NCBI RefSeq assembly: GCF_025526975.1
Contig: NW_026515682.1
Coordinates: 124,001-188,000 of the forward strand
Source: Fimicolochytrium jonesii
Lineage: Eukaryota
Length of the DNA: 64,000 nucleotides
Direction of reading: 5' to 3'
A program made the translations under genes and the position numbers. This document shows positions 60,143-64,000 of this stretch, one piece after another. Position 1 is the stretch's first letter, and each line of letters begins with the position of its first letter. The notes below the pieces were generated by a model that did no database searches, had not been told where the DNA came from, and saw nothing but the letters and a program-made list of their open reading frames with translations.

Positions 60143-63100
60143 TCAAAGCAAACCTGCCTTCTGAAGCATCCTCAACTTGCTATCCATGTCCCTCTGCGTC
60201 TCATCCATCTCGCTCTCCCTCGGCTCGATGTTCAAACTGATCTGATACAACTCGTTCGCGCCAATCTCGCCAGCCGTATGCAGCTCCTTGCCCAGCCAGT
60301 TTTGAATCTCCGGCACTTCCGTGAGGTGGTATGGCGTTTGGAAGCGTTGGACTTCTTGGATCACTTGGTAGACTTTGATGTATTTGTCGATGTTGATGAG
60401 ATTGCCGCGGGCTGAGACGCGCGTAGGCGGGTTTCCGTCCTCGGTGAACGTCAGATCGGTGAGGAAGACGCCTGCAAGAATCAATACCAGTCAGTAACCC
60501 TTTCGTTCATCTGGTCAGAGCCATAAAAGCAATAGGTATCACACATACCAAGGAAGGGCAGACAGGGCCCTTGGACCCTCTTCAAGTTCGCCCGATATTC
60601 AGAGTAATTGCGGCTATGATCCGTCGCAGCCTTCATCTGATCGAGCGAAGTCTTGTACTTGGCAGGCACCAATTCCCAAGATCGTTTCAGACGGATGATC
60701 GCCGACGAATTGAGGGACGATAGGATGGCTATGAGCGTGTTGAAGTTGTTCAGGTGGAGACATCTCTGCAGAAATTAAAACCAAAAGACAGGATCAGCAA
60801 TCCAGTTCAAACACTAGGGAGGAAATAATGAAATAAACTTACGTCGCCAATCTTCAAGAACTGCTTGATCAAACTCGCTCTCCGCTTCGGATCCACCTCA
60901 GTCAGAATCGACGCGGCGACCCAGCCAGTGATCTGATTCGCCATATTCGTCAACGCCCTTACGTTCGGCGCGCCCGACCTACCCGCCTTCTTGGTCCATT
61001 TCTGACCAACAAGCTCAATTGGCTCAATCGAATTGTACAGCCTACTCTCCATAATCGTCAACTGCCGCGCGACTTCCAGCGGGTCCAAATCAAGGATCCC
61101 GAACTTCTTCAACGATCGCGGAAGGATGGGCGGTGGCGCCGGAGCGCTATTTGTGGACTCTGCCACCGATTGCCCATTTGTGCCTGACAGCGCCGAGCCG
61201 GCGGAGAGAGGCCCGCTGATGGTCGACTGCATGGACTGTACAGACCTTCTGCCCATCTTCGGCGTGTTGCCCACCCCGCTCATCTTCCTTTGCACGAGCT
61301 CGATCATGCGCATAGCGAGCGGTGGTGTCGCTTCCATCATCTCCTTGGAGGCAAAATTCAGCACGACCTCCAGACAATCGCCGTCCAGCTCCTCCACCCA
61401 GAAGTTTTCGAGCCACGATCTTAAAGCGTTGTACACGCGTAGTCGGGCTGGCGTCTGCTTCCGCTCCTGCCATATCCGGAGCTCCTCCGGGTTGAGTTGT
61501 GGTGGTGGCGTCATGGTGAAGCGCTTCATCAACAACATTAGGAACTCTTTGCCCGTCGCAAATTCGTGGAAAAGCATCATGAATGCCTGCGAAAATGTTG
61601 GGTCTGAACAAAAAGGTGCGTCAGAGATTCCCATAAGTATCGGTGAGTACCAATGTTTTTGCGGTTGATGAATATTTCCAAACTCACCAACGGGGTGGTC
61701 GTGGAGCGTTAACCGCTCCACCAGTCCTGGCAACGTTCCTCCATTCACTTGGCCTTCCATGTTGAAGGAGACATCGTTGGGAAGATAATCGGAACCCAAG
61801 AACCAATACTTCTTCGTAGACTGCAAGTCGAAACTATCAGCCGCTGCACATGACCAAGTGTGAAAACTGTCCCATCTCCCTACCTCATCGTCCGGCTTCT
61901 TCTTCAACTTCGGCGACTGCTCCCCAAAGAACTTTTCAAGCTTTGATCCCGGCGGACCCACCGATTCTCCGAAGAATTTCTCCAGCCTTGGGTTCGGCGC
62001 GCCGCTAGTTGACTCACCAAAGAACTTCTCCAGCTTGGAATTCGACCCTCCAATCTGCTTGGCCTCCCCCGGGAAAAACGAAGATGACTGCTCAACGGCG
62101 CTTTTCGGCGCTTGGGTATCTCGGGGCTGGTAATTCGAGTCGGGCAGACTTGCCGACGAGACGGACCGATACACGCCCCCGTTTCCGACCGCGGGGCGAT
62201 TGCCGCCCGGAGCCAGAGTCGCAGATCCTTTCGGGGTTACATTGGTGGAGGAGCTGGAGCGGAGCATGATGGGCGTCGACGCTGTCCGGTCCCGCGGCGT
62301 GCTTGTCTGGCTCGACGCAGTGCCACCCATCGCGTTGTTTTCCTCAGACCCGTGCAAGAACGTCAGGCTCATCGCTCGACGCTGTAAAATGCTCAACTCG
62401 GAATCTCTCCGCCGCTCATCGTCGAACAGTTCCGCCTCTTCTTGCAACGTCCGTTGTTCCAAAAGATCTTTTTGATCAATGACGAGTTTCGTCACCATTA
62501 ACAGATCCTCCACGGCTTGCAAAACCAAGGTGGTCGTCTCCAAAAGTGTGCCAAGCGCATTCGGCGGTGCAAATTCGTCCATCGTCGTCCGTGCCGCTGT
62601 AACGAGGTCATTGACGGTCGAATACAACACCTCCTTTAGCCTCTTGAACTCTACAATGACCTCCTTCGCCCGCGCGTCCATGTCCTGCAATTCCATCTGC
62701 TGCAGCGGTATATCCTCAATCAAACTCAGCAATTGGCCAATCTCGGTGACGGAATCACGAGCCTGCTCGATCAGTTCCTCCGAGATGCGCGAGTCCTGCG
62801 TTATGGTGTTGACAAGCGTCGCTATGGAAGTGATGATGGCGTCCGAGTGGGTGTCCAATCTAGAAACGAATTCGATATCGGATAGCTCGGCGCCTCTTTG
62901 GTCGAATTCGCTCACGGATAGCGCGACGTTGGATAACGATCCGGGAGAGACGGGGACTAAGTTGCTGGACACATCCTGCGCAATAGTCACAAAATGTCGC
63001 ACGGCAAGCAGGACCTGGCCTGCCTGGTAGCGCATTTTGTTGACAGCGTCCGGCGGTGGCCATAATCCCGAGGCCACTTTCGCCGCCAACATCAATTTCG

Positions 63101-64000
63101 ACAGCGAGGACATGATATGGTAGTGGTGATTCCTCAGCTGCCTATTGCTCTGAAACGCCGGTGCGTCTTTCGACGTGAGTCCAGAACTCGCCAACATATC
63201 CCTGATCGCTCGCACGACCTGGTTCGCCAGCCCCACGTATCGCACCCTCGAGTCCGTTTTGGCCGAGTGATTTAGGTCCGAAATTGCGCGTAGGATGTTG
63301 TTGATCAACACTTCCCATGTCGGTTTCACTTTCGGATCCAAAAGAGTTTGCGGACCTGGTATCCAGTTCCCGCCGGACGCTCTCGTTCGGTCGGACAAGG
63401 ACCGGGCGACCAGTGGTGCCTGGTCTTTGAAAGCCGGGAAATCGGTTTTATCAAGAGACTCTGACCGCACCGGTGCCGCCGCTGTCGATGCGAGATCCTT
63501 ACTTGATACCTCTTTCAGCAATGTCGTGGATCGCTTATGTGTAAGGGACTGTAAAGGGAACTCTCCTCGATTAGTGGTGAACGATAATTCCACACATCTG
63601 ACAGCAATACTCACAGCACGCTGAACCTCTTCCAGACTATACGTTGTCTGGTTCGATTGGGTGTTATAATAGTAAACCACGCCCTGCGGCGTCGTCTTCC
63701 TCCCCCAAAACGGCGGTAGCTCCGCCAGATTCCCTGTGGATCCCGACTCGGCATGCGAATCCTCCGATTTCGGCAAGTCCAGCTGTCTAGATTTCATACT
63801 GTCATCTACGAACTCGTCTTCTGGTATCGACGGAACAGATGGCAGTCCATCCGCCGTTGGGGTGGCCGTGTCATCTTCTTCCTCGCCAAGCGCTTTCGCC
63901 TCTTCCATTAATTGCGACAGCGTGGCTTCTAATTGCATCCGAGATGGGTTTGTCCGGCTCAAGCTGGAAGACGTGGTGCTGCCGGGTGAGGCGATGGATG
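60143..64000 (-). CDS. Cdc25-like Ras guanine nucleotide exchange factor with WW, REM and CDC25 domains (5' end beyond the window)
   Basis: WW: LPPFWGRKTTPQGVVYYYNTQSNQTTY; REM: GGTLPGLVERLT...RLRVYNALRSW; CDC25: LDPLEVARQLT, LNNFNTLIAIL, PCLPFLGVFLTDLTFTEDGN. Confidence 0.93.

Noticed and set aside
1..64000. Many antisense or alternate-frame ORFs in the track; also tRNA, rRNA and CRISPR features
   Set aside because: The extra ORFs are shadows of real coding exons in moderately GC-rich DNA. I saw no tRNA cloverleaf, rRNA signature or repeat-spacer array, though a covariance-model search was not possible.

Overview
Gene-dense, intron-rich eukaryotic DNA, most likely from a zoosporic (chytrid-like) fungus. 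The basis is fungal-type SSR4, COX9, SDT1 and SLC1 genes together with the flagellar genes CCDC153/DRC12 and TTC29 and an animal-type CABLES gene. About 22 host genes are recognisable: alpha-actinin (partial), CABLES, RAD2/XPG, SLC1, SDT1, a class I PDE, CaMKK, TRA1, cysteine synthase, CCDC153, mitochondrial ProRS, MIC26/27, TTC29, a coiled-coil protein, eIF3j, a Zmiz1_N-domain protein, COX9, RAD23, RPC19, SSR4, a tetraspanin-like protein and a WW-RasGEF (partial). The main accessory feature is a ~2.6 kb Crypton-like (DUF3504-type) tyrosine-recombinase element at about 9249-11840, between the divergent RAD2 and SLC1 genes. Its recombinase is split by a 327-bp solo-LTR-like insertion with a 5-bp target-site duplication; removing the insertion restores the reading frame. 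One end of the element is a ~160-nt imperfect hairpin, and an internal site is an inverted copy of the predicted end-to-end junction. Multi-exon gene spans were worked out by eye from GT-AG and frame logic and are approximate. Family assignments come from recalled motifs, not database searches.
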